A DNA stretch of 64,000 bases, from assembly GCF_000142905.1 (NCBI RefSeq), contig NW_013657626.1:186001-250000 (forward strand), given 5' to 3'. The stretch comes from Thecamonas trahens ATCC 50062 (lineage: Eukaryota; Protista; Apusomonadida). Below, piece after piece: positions 12,422 to 22,957 of this stretch; position 1 is the first letter of the stretch; each line of letters begins with the position of its first letter. Under the pieces are notes generated by a model. It saw only the letters and a list, made by a program, of their open reading frames with translations. It was not told the origin of the DNA and did not search any database. The translations under genes were made by a program, and so were the position numbers.

Positions 12422-13747
12422 GGCCCCCGCACCCCGGGTTGTGCAGTCCGGAGCGAGCGGAGGTGGGCCAGGCGCTCGCGAGCATGCGGTGTGAGGCCGA
12501 CCCGCGATCGATTACCAGGCACCGTATACTCGTCGAGCGACGGCAGTCGCCGCGCCGGTGAGGCTGATCGACGAACTGCAGGCGGGAGCGCAGCTCTCTG
12601 CCTCGATGCCGGCTTGGGGGCGCTGCGGCCCGCCGCCGTCGCGGAATAACTGATATTGAACCAATCTTGGAATCAGTGTGAGCTCGGGAGCGTCGAGGTG
12701 CAGGCGGCGGCGGCAGGGCGCTCGAGAGCAGCTGCGGCCGCAGCTGTCTGTTGAACATGGCGTTGTACGCCTCGGTTGAGCGGCGGGCGGCGCGATCAGG
12801 CAGGTGGTGGGCGGCGCGCTCAGGACGGCGGCGACCTCGCGAGATGCCAAACGAGACCGATTTGCGAGCGACAGCAGCAGTAGCATGACCATTGGTGTGG
12901 CGGCCTTGATGGTGGTTGGAAGCTGTGCTCTGGCCATGTCGACGGAGTAGAGGATGGATGGGCGGCGGCGGCGGCGTGCGGCGTGTGCGAGTGGCGTGCA
13001 GGTGCCGGGCAAATGCGGGTGAGAGCTGTGTCGCGGACGAAGGAGATGGAGAACGAGAGGGAGAAGGTGAAGGAGAGGAAGAGGGAGAGAAAGAGGGAGA
13101 GGGAGAGGGAGAGGGATGGTGGGAGTGGTGGGCGAGTGGGGAGGGTGGCGGGGGCTGGTACGGGTGGGGTAGCCAGGCAGAGGGAGGGGAGACCCTGGCC
13201 AGGTACGCCCGCCACCCGTCCGTGCCGAGTGGGGTGATGATGGCGGGCGGGGGTGGTGGAGGTGGGGTGGGGGTGGTGGGGGTGGGGATGGGAGTGGGGT
13301 GGTGGGGGTGGGGGTGGGGGGTGGGTGGTGCAGACTGGTGGTGGTGGGAGGTGGGGTGGCTGGTTGGTTGGTTGGTTGGTGGCGCCCGGTGCGGCGCAGC
13401 GGCCGCGTGTGGGTGCGGCTGTCATGACAGGCGATGGGNNNNNNNNNNNNNNNNNNNNNNNNNNNNNNNNNNNNNNNNNNNNNNNNNNNNNNNNNNNNNN
13501 NNNNNNNNNNNNNNNNNNNNNNNNNNNNNNNNNNNNNNGAGATGAAGATCAGCGTCAAGCAGAAAAAAAAAAAAATAAAATGGTGAACGCCAAGCGCGTC
13601 TGCCAAAAGCATTATGAAAAGCAATGTAACATCTATCAACTAATCATAAATCAAAATAAATAAATAACAGAACGATAGAAATCGATCCGCCCTCCCGCCC
13701 CACCACGGCAAGCACCCCAATCTCACGGAAATTCAGCGGGGAGGGGG

Positions 13748-14644
13748 CTATGACTCTGAGTCGGAGCAGGAGCGGGAGAGGATGTCGGAGAGAGGGAGTA
13801 CGATACGGAGCGAGGCGCGCCAGATGCCAGGTTGGGCCTGGGGGACGGCGCCATGGTTGGAGACACGGACTCGACCATTGAAGTACTCGCCGGTGAGCAT
13901 GTCCTCGTAGCCGTACCGGACGGCTCTGGTATCGGGATCAGCAGCAGGATCGCCGTCGGGAGGTGCGACGTCGTGACGGCCGTCAAGATCATCGCAGCCG
14001 TCGTCTGAAAAGACATCATCCAACTCGACGTCCGGCTCGTGGGCGGGATCGTAGGCCGTGACCGAAGGACCAAACTCGACGGTGGCGGTGTAGGCGCCGG
14101 CAGGCAACGGGTGATCACTGTAGTCCTCGAACATGGACCAGTTGATAAAGCGCCACATCTCCGAGTCGCGGGCAAATGTTCCCGAGCAGAGCGGAAAGAC
14201 GGTGCCCGGATGGACAAAGATAAAGTCGGAGAGCTTGGTAGCCCAGAATGAGTCGTCGGCATCGACGTCCACGGCATCGTACGGCACATCGATGGCGGAG
14301 CCTTTGACCCGAAAGGTGACTCGGGGGTAGATCGAGCGGGTCATGGCCACCGCCCGCGGCGCGTTGCTCACGTTGGCCACACCTACGTGCAGCGTTTGGT
14401 CCGAAGCGTCCCATCGGAGCACCATCTGCAGGCCGCCATCCACCTCTGACCGCGCCGTGTCCGTATCAGTCCCAAGAACCGAGACTGGAGCAGCCGGGTT
14501 GGTCTCGGACGGTGCGGCTGTTGCGGCAGATGCGGTGGATGTGGTGGATTCAGCAGGTGCTGTGTCTTGTGCCGGATGGCCAGACATGCGCTGGAGGACC
14601 GAGGTGAGAGACGCTTGCATGCTCATGGCTAGCGCTTGAGCCAT
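13748..14644 (-). CDS. Hypothetical protein with a beta-rich central domain and acidic C-terminal part
   Basis: ATG at 14644 follows a pyrimidine tract; coding-like composition; AT-rich 3' flank at 13560-13680. No family recognised. Confidence 0.55.
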   Translation of the reverse strand: MAQALAMSMQASLTSVLQRMSGHPAQDTAPAESTTSTASAATAAPSETNPAAPVSVLGTDTDTARSEVDGGLQMVLRWDASDQTLHVGVANVSNAPRAVAMTRSIYPRVTFRVKGSAIDVPYDAVDVDADDSFWATKLSDFIFVHPGTVFPLCSGTFARDSEMWRFINWSMFEDYSDHPLPAGAYTATVEFGPSVTAYDPAHEPDVELDDVFSDDGCDDLDGRHDVAPPDGDPAADPDTRAVRYGYEDMLTGEYFNGRVRVSNHGAVPQAQPGIWRASLRIVLPLSDILSRSCSDSES

Positions 14645-14847
14645 AGCCGAGTGGGGAAGAGAGCAGGATCGGCGGACACGGGAGGCAAGAGAGAGAGAGA
14701 GAGAGTGAGTGAGTGAGGGAGGTGGTTTTCGGGAATTTAGCATGGCGTCGACGGCATGTTCTTCCTTGGCACCTTCGTTGGAAGGTCGATTCGAGTGCAT
14801 GCCAAGAGTGTTCGTGAACAATGAGGATAGCGTGGCACGGTGGCGAG

Positions 14848-17800
14848 TCATGGCTTGGATGACTTGGCCTTGGTTCGCGCCCACTTTGGCACCCGCGATC
14901 GCTTGCAGGTCGAGGCTGCAGCGTGCATACCGTCGACACGGCGTGGGAAGGCGTGCAGCGTCTCGATCCACGACTGGACGGTGGTGAAGATCTGGGCCTG
15001 CGACGGGAGTTTGGCGGTGAGCGGCGCGGACGGTGAGCGTGCGTACCCGATAAAAACCGAGCGCGAGGCGTCGGCGCTGGCGTCGGCCGGCGGCGCGAGA
15101 AGATCCTTGGACGGTGCCACATGGAGGTCGAGCGCCTCGAGGTCGGCCACCAGTGCAGGCATGCGCGAGAGCGCCCATCCGGTCCACTCCGCCAGATCGG
15201 CGTCGGAGAGCGCAAAGAGCTCGAGCTGGACGTACGCAGGGTATTGGGCAGTGTGATGGCTCCGCGCAAAGAGATCAAGCCAGCTCGCTTGGCCGGAGCC
15301 GAGCCCGGCAACGAGGTTAGCAGCGCGGACAAACTCGGCCTTGAGGAGCCGCAGCGTCGACGGCGTCACGTTGCGTGCCGTGTTTTCGGGCGGGTAGCAC
15401 GGCGAGAGGACCGGCATCCGGTGGTACTTGGCCTTGGACTTGGTCCACGGATGGATGCCTGCGTTGGCGGCGTGCTTTGGAATGTCTCCGGGAGGAATGA
15501 GCGCAATCGGCTCTGGGTACTCCCAGCAGGCGTAGGTGGCGAAGAAAGCAGCAAGCAGCTCCTCCACGCTCGCACCAGGGAAACGTCGGCAGACTTTGGC
15601 CACCATCAGCGCCCACGAGAGGCCGCCGAGGAGGCAGACCGACGAGCCCGAGAGCCCGCGGTTCTTCTGCCACCGCTTGACCGCACGAAGAGTGGCCTTG
15701 AACACCTCCACGTCCGGAACCAGTGACACAAGCTTGCCAGCCTCGCGCGGGCCGCGAATCGACGCCACAGACGCAAAATCGTCCTTGATAGCATTGAGCA
15801 CCTTCTTCGTCTCGACCTCGGCATAGGCCGGGTCCAGCGCGTCGAGTGGGACGTCGTCAAACCCGGTTGTGCTCGTTGGGAGCTTGGACTTGAGCGGAAC
15901 GCTGGCATACGCGAGATCAACCTCGATGCCGTCGATCACTGCCTTGTAGACTGGCACAAACGCGTCGCGGACTTCACGGAGAAACGAGGTTCCTGGGTAC
16001 GCCTCGAGAAGCTGCCGAAGGCTTCCGTCAAAAAACGCGTCGTGGCCGAGGCCGGCTGGGCCTACTGCCACCACATCGATGTCTGAGCTCGGAGTGAGAA
16101 CGCCAAGGACAAGCGAGCCATACGGCAGCAGTCGCCAGGTGTGTCCCGGCCCCGCGTCAACTCCCGCGCCGGTCATCCACGAGTCGACAAGTGCATTGAG
16201 CACCATCAAAACTGCGTGGTGCGAGTCTGTCGCAGTAGGCGCGGTGATCCGTGGATCCAGCCGAGGAAGAAGAGTCGGCGGCGCGAGGTCTGGAGCTGCG
16301 ACCTCCGCCGGTGGCGCGGTAGCATCGGGCGCAGTGCTGGCGTCCAGCCCGAGGCGCGCGTCGGCCAGGCGGACACCTGGTGCGAGCGCGGCGAGTGGAC
16401 CCAGGCGCGGGGTGTCTGGCAAGAGCGTGTGCTTGAGAAAGACAACAGCCTCGCGGACAGCAGCTCTGCCGGGCACTGCACCATTGACCCGAAAAGTCGA
16501 TCGGTGGCCAGAGCCGAGGGCGTCGCGGAGTGTGGCGTCAAAGCCTACGTCCCGAACTGCAAGATAGATCCGGTACAAGAGGCAGCCCTCCAGGACGTCG
16601 GCGAGTGCGGCTGGGACCGGCGCGCCGAGCGCGACGTTGTAAAGATACAGCGCCTGGGTCACCGACATGACGGTCGAAGTCAGCTGGAGCGCAGCCGGCA
16701 CGTACCGATCGCCGCCTTTGCCACGGGTCTTGCCCTTGCCCTTGCCCTTGCCACAGGTCTGGCTCGCGCTGGCGTCACTCGCAGACGCACGCGTGACCTT
16801 GGACCCGTAGTAGGCAGCCTTCTGAATCATCCGCGAGGTGGCAATCGAGCGGACCTTGCGGCAGAGTGGGTGGCTCGGAGCAAGCAGAGGAAGAAGCACC
16901 ATCGAGAGCGCGACGGCGTCCCACTCGGTATGCGAGAGCTCCAGCCCCGGGAGCGTGGCCAGGCAGCGCAGAATGGCGGCGCCAAACTTGGGAACCAGGT
17001 GAGTGGGTGAGGCCGCGTCGACCGAGGCTGTCGACGCGTCGCCAGCGTGGAGATCCTCGTCGAGGTCCAAGCCCGGGTCTGAGCCCGAGCTCGAGCCTGA
17101 GGAGGCGCCGACCGGCGGGAAGGCGCGGCGTGACGGAACGGTTCCGTCGCTGGCGGTCGGCGTCATGGACGCCGGCAGCGGACGCGGTGAGGCCCGCAGA
17201 TCGTTGGTGAGAATGAGGTTGTAGTCGCGCGGAAGGAGCGGCGCGGCACCGGGCGCCTGGTCCGGGAACATGGCGAGCGCGTCCCACGAGCGAGTTGCCG
17301 GATCAAAGCCAGCAAGCAGGTAAAACGCGTCAGCACGGGCGTGTGGGCCGAGCGCGGCGTACGCCGCCGCGCGGGCTTGTGGCGACTTGAGGATGTGGTG
17401 TGGGACTGCGGTGCGAGCTTCGATGAGTGCAGCGCGGGCGGCCGAAGAGCCGGCTGGTGTCAGTGCCGGTGGCTCGGCCAGCAGCGCGGACGCGACGCTT
17501 GGATTGACGCCCACCTCAAATTCGCCAGCAGAGCTGGGGCTCTTCTTGCGGGCCTCGGTGACGGTGGCGAGCGGAGCGGAGGCGTCAAAGGCTGGCGCAG
17601 CAGGGTCGACCAGCATCAGCTCGTAGACGGCAAGCCGGAGCGGGGCGCAGCGAGCATGGAGCGACGACGAGCCAAGCTCAATGAGCGGATGGCACTTGAG
17701 CCGGTGCCAAAGCACAATCTCGTACAGCGAGAGGCCCGGCTCGTTGTGAAAGGCCGGAAGCAGGTGGCGTGGAACGGCAGACGGGGTGGCGGCGATGGCA

Positions 17801-18939
17801 GCAGCATGTGGCATGACATACTGGTTGCGGGCTGCGACATAAGTTGCGAGCCGGGCGGCGAGTGCATCGGGCGCTGCATCCGGGAAGAGCGCTGCGGCAA
17901 ACTCTGGCGCTGAGACGTCGAGCAGGCCGGGCAGGGTGTTGCCGTTGGCGGCATCGCCGACGACAGTGTCGACAAGCTTGGGCAGGGTGTTGGAGGCAAG
18001 GAAGAGAGCGACGGCAAGGACCGAGTCGCGGCGGGTAAAGCCGTAGCGCTCAACGAGCGAGCCGACAAAGTGGAGGGTCTCTGACGAGTTGAGAATGTCG
18101 TTGCCCATCATGCACGCGAGGTCCGGTAGGTGGTGGGCAGCAAAGGTGCCCGGTGCAGCGGCGCGGGAGGCAAGCATGCCGTTGATGCGGTCAACCGTGT
18201 CCTGAGGAGTGTATCGCTGGGCCGTAATGGTCATGCCGGAGAGCGAAACGTCCATCGACGAGTACGAGATGACACCGTTGAGGTTGGGCACCGCGAGGTA
18301 GTCGGTGTCGCCGCCAAGCACGGCATACGCGCCGCGGACGATGGCGAGGGCGGTAACCAAATCGTCGGCCTCCTTGTTCTGAGCGTGGTGGATCTCGATC
18401 GACGCCGGCGGCGCCTCACCGCGGGCGAGCACGTTGCGGACAGCCTCGACAAAGGCATAGTGCATAAGCGGCGGTGGGCGGACTTGATAGAAGCTATCGG
18501 GATCGCCCGACTGCATAAAGTCGGAGACGGCAGTGATGCGGCGGTCCCAGCGGTCGACAAGAGTCCCGCGGCGCTCCTTCTCAGTCTCGGGGCAGCCCTC
18601 CATGACCAGCACCAGATCCATGCGCGAAGCCAGCGCCGCCAGCAGAGCCTCAGCCCGGGCCACATACACCCGGTACTGCCCGCCGGCCAGCCAGTCGATT
18701 CGCGGCTTGCGCTCGTAGATAAAGAACATCAGGCCCGAGGCATCGACCACGACCAGCGGGCGTGTCCGGCTCTGGCTCGCGGCATCGTCGTGGTCCGAGG
18801 CTGCAGTGTCCGAGGCGGCGGCCAGCGGAGTGCCTGGCTCGGCAGAGAGGCTCACCCGATTGCCCCAGAAGCTCCAGTCTTTCTCTACATCCGAGTGTGC
18901 GGTGTTGGTGATAAACGAAGCCAGGCCGCGGATGCCCAT
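14848..18939 (-). CDS. Asteroid/FAM120-like PIN (XPG-type) nuclease fused to a canonical poly(A) polymerase, about 1363 aa
   Basis: N-terminal MGIRGL, VVDASGL, GGQY, EADD, GDTDY and MGND motifs. C-terminal YGSLVLGV..SSDIDV, DAFVPV, GIEVDLAYA, LRAVKRW, LGGLSWALMVAKVC, MPVLSPCYP..N..RNVTPST and the PAP RNA-binding domain. No stop or gap between the two halves. Confidence 0.85.
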   Translation of the reverse strand: MGIRGLASFITNTAHSDVEKDWSFWGNRVSLSAEPGTPLAAASDTAASDHDDAASQSRTRPLVVVDASGLMFFIYERKPRIDWLAGGQYRVYVARAEALLAALASRMDLVLVMEGCPETEKERRGTLVDRWDRRITAVSDFMQSGDPDSFYQVRPPPLMHYAFVEAVRNVLARGEAPPASIEIHHAQNKEADDLVTALAIVRGAYAVLGGDTDYLAVPNLNGVISYSSMDVSLSGMTITAQRYTPQDTVDRINGMLASRAAAPGTFAAHHLPDLACMMGNDILNSSETLHFVGSLVERYGFTRRDSVLAVALFLASNTLPKLVDTVVGDAANGNTLPGLLDVSAPEFAAALFPDAAPDALAARLATYVAARNQYVMPHAAAIAATPSAVPRHLLPAFHNEPGLSLYEIVLWHRLKCHPLIELGSSSLHARCAPLRLAVYELMLVDPAAPAFDASAPLATVTEARKKSPSSAGEFEVGVNPSVASALLAEPPALTPAGSSAARAALIEARTAVPHHILKSPQARAAAYAALGPHARADAFYLLAGFDPATRSWDALAMFPDQAPGAAPLLPRDYNLILTNDLRASPRPLPASMTPTASDGTVPSRRAFPPVGASSGSSSGSDPGLDLDEDLHAGDASTASVDAASPTHLVPKFGAAILRCLATLPGLELSHTEWDAVALSMVLLPLLAPSHPLCRKVRSIATSRMIQKAAYYGSKVTRASASDASASQTCGKGKGKGKTRGKGGDRYVPAALQLTSTVMSVTQALYLYNVALGAPVPAALADVLEGCLLYRIYLAVRDVGFDATLRDALGSGHRSTFRVNGAVPGRAAVREAVVFLKHTLLPDTPRLGPLAALAPGVRLADARLGLDASTAPDATAPPAEVAAPDLAPPTLLPRLDPRITAPTATDSHHAVLMVLNALVDSWMTGAGVDAGPGHTWRLLPYGSLVLGVLTPSSDIDVVAVGPAGLGHDAFFDGSLRQLLEAYPGTSFLREVRDAFVPVYKAVIDGIEVDLAYASVPLKSKLPTSTTGFDDVPLDALDPAYAEVETKKVLNAIKDDFASVASIRGPREAGKLVSLVPDVEVFKATLRAVKRWQKNRGLSGSSVCLLGGLSWALMVAKVCRRFPGASVEELLAAFFATYACWEYPEPIALIPPGDIPKHAANAGIHPWTKSKAKYHRMPVLSPCYPPENTARNVTPSTLRLLKAEFVRAANLVAGLGSGQASWLDLFARSHHTAQYPAYVQLELFALSDADLAEWTGWALSRMPALVADLEALDLHVAPSKDLLAPPADASADASRSVFIGYARSPSAPLTAKLPSQAQIFTTVQSWIETLHAFPRRVDGMHAAASTCKRSRVPKWARTKAKSSKP

Positions 18940-20415
18940 GGTGGTTAGCGCTAGCGGCGGTGAAGTGGGTTGGTTTGGCGAGGGAGGACGGCGTGGGCCA
19001 CGAACGGGGAAAGTCGTAGGTTTTTGATCGAGTGGGAATGGAAGACGAGTTGAATGGAAGGCATTGGAGGTTGGNNNNNNNNNNNNNNNNNNNNNNNNNN
19101 NNNNNNNNNNNNNNNNNNNNNNNNNNNNNNNNNNNNNNNNNNNNNNNNNNNNNNNNNNNNNNNNNNNNNNNNNNNNNNNNNNNNNNNNNNNNNNNNNNNN
19201 NNNNNNNNNNNNNNNNNNNNNNNNNNNNNNNNNNNNNNNNNNNNNNNNNNNNNNNNNNNNNNNNNNNNNNNNNNNNNNNNNNNNNNNNNNNNNNNNNNNN
19301 NNNNNNNNNNNNNNNNNNNNNNNNNNNNNNNNNNNNNNNNNNNNNNNNNNNNNNNNNNNNNNNNNNNNNNNNNNNNNNNNNNNNNCGGACCGGGGGGGGA
19401 GGGGGAGGGGGGGAGGTGAGGACTGTGCACGCTGATGTTGGCTGTGGATTGATGGGTGGGCGTAGTGTGGGTCTGGGGCTGGGACATCAAACCAAACCAA
19501 TGGAACAGAGAAACCACCAGATGCTGGTTGCGTCCAAACGACCGCAGTGTTAAGGGTTGCCGCGACGGCTACGAGTCGCTAACACTCGCGACCGGCTGAG
19601 CGAAGCAAAGCGGCTGACACCTTACTTCGCTATGAGCTCCGATGGCGTCGACACAGTCGGCTCCGATGGAGCGGGAACCCACACGCCCACCCGTTCTGAT
19701 GACGATGCGCGACGACGAGGACGACGGGCGCCCACTGGGTGCCCAATTCTTACCTTGATCTCGTGTGTACGCGAGCAAGCGACGGGCACTCATGTACACG
19801 TGAGTCCCGTGCCAATTGGCACGATGTAGAGGCAAAGATGGTCAGCACAGTAAATACGAGGAGATCTCAAGCCGTCGAGCCAGCGAAGCGGTCACTCGGC
19901 CGGCGACCGACAGTGTTGAGAGTCCCGGTCGGTGATCCGGTGTATTGCTGTGACGGTTCGGCAGACTTGACTTGCTCCGACTTGCACTCATGCGGATCAA
20001 CCTCACAGGTATGTTACAGGTTGCAGCATCCACGACAGCATGCAGAACCATATGTCTACCAGCTTATATAGTGGCGGCCGCGGTCAATTTGGTTGTCATG
20101 GGTGACTGGTGGGCCTGTGGCGGGCTGTGGACCTGTGTGACGACCTAAAGAAAGTGTCGGACCGCTTTTGCGGCGGGGCTCCAGCCTGCCTTGTCGGCAT
20201 TGGGCAGGGCTCTACAACCAGACAACATCCCACACCAGGACACAACCACGCCGGCACACGTCGAGTTGAAAGCACATACTCCTGTCGTGGTCGTTCAAGA
20301 CGACGCCGACGCAGCAAGTATACACTTCGGGTGAGGACACAGTGGCGAGGTGTTTTTTTCGCGGGGAGGGAACACAAAGCGCGGGTCGCACACGAACCGC
20401 ACACATCATACTTAC

Positions 20416-22931
20416 ATGCATCGCTTCTTTTCGCAGTGTTTTCCTGCCTTGTTACCCTTGCGGCCGTGTGCTTGTGCTCAGGTGCTGCGGCCCGTGAGCT
20501 CCAGGCGCGCGGGTGGCGGCAGCGGTTCGATGCCGAGCAAGTGGTGAGTGCGGCGTCTGCGGGCGCTGAGTGCGTCATCCTTGCAGACATCGACGGCGAC
20601 GGTGATCTTGACATGGTCGTTGCAGCGGCGGGCGACAACACGGTTGCCTGGTTTGCCAACACCGACGGCGGCGGGACGTACGGACCGGCGCAGATTGTGA
20701 CCACCACGGCCAGTGGGGTGCAGATGGTTGTTGCCGAGGACATCGACGGTGACGGCGATCTTGATTTGGCGGTCGCTTCGAACGGCGACCACACTCTCGC
20801 GTGGTTCGCCAACACCAACGGCAGCGGCGACTTTGGCCCAGCGCAGATTGTGACGAGCACGGCTAGCGGTGCATCTGTGGTCGCTGCCGCTGACATGGAC
20901 GGTGACGGCGATGTGGACCTCATCGTGGGTGCCCTCGACGAAGGCGCTGCATCATGGTTTCCCAACACCGACGGCGCGGGCACCTTTGGCTTGGGCAACG
21001 TCATTGCCACGTCTGTTAACCTCCCGCGCACGGTCACCCCAGTAGACATTGATGATGACGGCGACATCGACATTGTCATTGGCTCGGGCTCGACGTTTTC
21101 CGCCAAGGCGCTCTCCTGGTACTCCAACGATGGGACCGGGAGCTTCAGCTCGGCCAGGACAGTCCGGTCGGTATCGGCGACGCCGACGGCTGTCACAGCT
21201 GCCGACATCGACGGCGACGGCGACTGGGACCTTGCCGTCGGCCTTGTCGAGACCGGCGAAACGGTGTGGTACCGTAACCTTGACGGCGCCGGTGCCTTTG
21301 CCGCCGCTCGCACCATTTCCACCACTGCTAACTATGTCACCGACATTGTGGCGGTTGACATGGACGGTGACGGCGACCTTGACATTGCGACGGCGTCGAA
21401 GAACGACAACACGGTGGCGTGGCGCGAGAACACCGACGGTTTCGGTAGCTTTGGCCCGGAGATACTGGTGACGGCGAGCGCAAGCGGGGCGGCGTCAGTG
21501 GCGGCGGGAGACATCGATGGGAACGGTGCGATCGACTTTGCGGTCGCATCGGCGACGGCTAACACTGTTGGCTGGTTCCGGAACGCCATGTACTGGCACA
21601 TGTATGCCCGCACCCCCGTTGTGGTGACATCGGCTGCGCCTGGCGCTGCATCGGTTGCTGCAGGAGACTTTAACGGTGACGGCGCCGTCGACCTCGCCTC
21701 GATCTCGTCCAACGACCGCAAGGTGGCGTGGTACGCTGGCGATGGCAGCGGCAGCTTCGGCGCTCAGACAGTGATCGACACCAACGGCGGCGGCGCAGAG
21801 CAGGTCATCGCCGTAGACGTCGATGGCGACGGCGACTCGGATGTGGTTGCCATCTCGACCGGCGGCGGGTACGCCCGGTGGTACGCCAACACCGACAGCG
21901 CTGGCACCTTTGGCCCGGCGCTGGACATTGCCACCACTGACGTGCCATACGGCGCGGCAGTCGCAGATCTGGACGGCGATGCTGATGTTGACCTCGCCAT
22001 CGTCTTCCGTGGTCATCTGGCGTGGTTGGCAAACACCGACGGCGCCGGGAACTTTGGAACGGCGGTCACAATCTCGACTTTTCTGCTTAGCGGGAGCGCG
22101 GTCATCGCCGCCGACATCGACGGCGACGGCGACAGCGACCTTGTGACGACCTCGCAGCTCGACCGCAAGGTTGCGTGGTACGAGAACACCAACGGTGCTG
22201 GCGCCTTTGGTGTGCAGAACGTGATCACGTCTTCCGCCTACGGCGCGTGCTCGGTCGTGGCGGCAGACATCGACGGTGACGGTGATCTTGACCTGGCCTC
22301 GACCTCGCAGTTTGACGACAAGGTGGCGTGGTACGACAATACTGACGGCGCCGGAGCTTTCGGTCCGCTCACGCTCATCAGCTCCTTGGCCTCGGCGCCC
22401 GTCGCGGTCGTCGCCCTCGATGCCGACAGTGACGGTGACGTCGACCTCGCGGTCGTGTCGGCCATCGACAACTACGTCCGGCTCTTCCAGAACAACGGCG
22501 ATGGCAGCTCGTTTGCCATCGTCCCCATCACCTCAGCAGCCAGCGAGCCAGAGGGCTTGGCGGCGGTCGACATCGACGCGGACGGCGACTCGGATCTGGT
22601 TGTCGCCAACTCGGGTGCCACCACCGTCACATACTTTGCCAACATCGGGCCGGCTCCGCCACCGTCGCCGCCGTCGCCACCAGCTGGGCCAGGAGGCAAC
22701 GCGACAGCCAGCGCAGCCGGCACGGTGCGCGGCTCGTCATCGGCCAGCGATGACGACACGATGCTGATCATTGGGGCGTCGGCCGGGGCGGCAGTGGTTG
22801 CATGCTGTCTAGCCGCCGTGGTGGCGGTAGTTGTCGTCCGCCGGCGGCGCGGAGGCCAAAAGGCGGACGGTGGCGAGGTAGGGAGCGAACTCGGGCGCGG
22901 AGGAAGCGAGGTGGCGCTCAGCCAGATCTGA
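20416..22931 (+). CDS. Type I membrane protein with 14 FG-GAP repeats (two 7-bladed propellers); apparent -1 frameshift at 20428-20431
   Basis: 14 D-x-D/N-G-D-G-D-x-D-type motifs in two groups of seven, a Pro-rich stalk, TM segment LIIGASAGAAVVACCLAAVVAVVVV and RRRR stop-transfer. ATG 20416 plus one T gives signal peptide MHRFFFAVFSCLVTLAAVCLCSGAAA. Confidence 0.85.
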
Positions 22932-22957
22932 CGAGGCCGAATAAGACAATTTTGGGT

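Noticed and set aside
12430-13440. Short overlapping ORFs downstream of GTF3C1
   Set aside because: No recognisable domain, low complexity and next to a gap; no gene model can be supported.
19550-20400. Lower-GC intergenic stretch upstream of the PIN-PAP and FG-GAP genes
   Set aside because: No credible ORF, terminal repeats or RNA motif found by eye.
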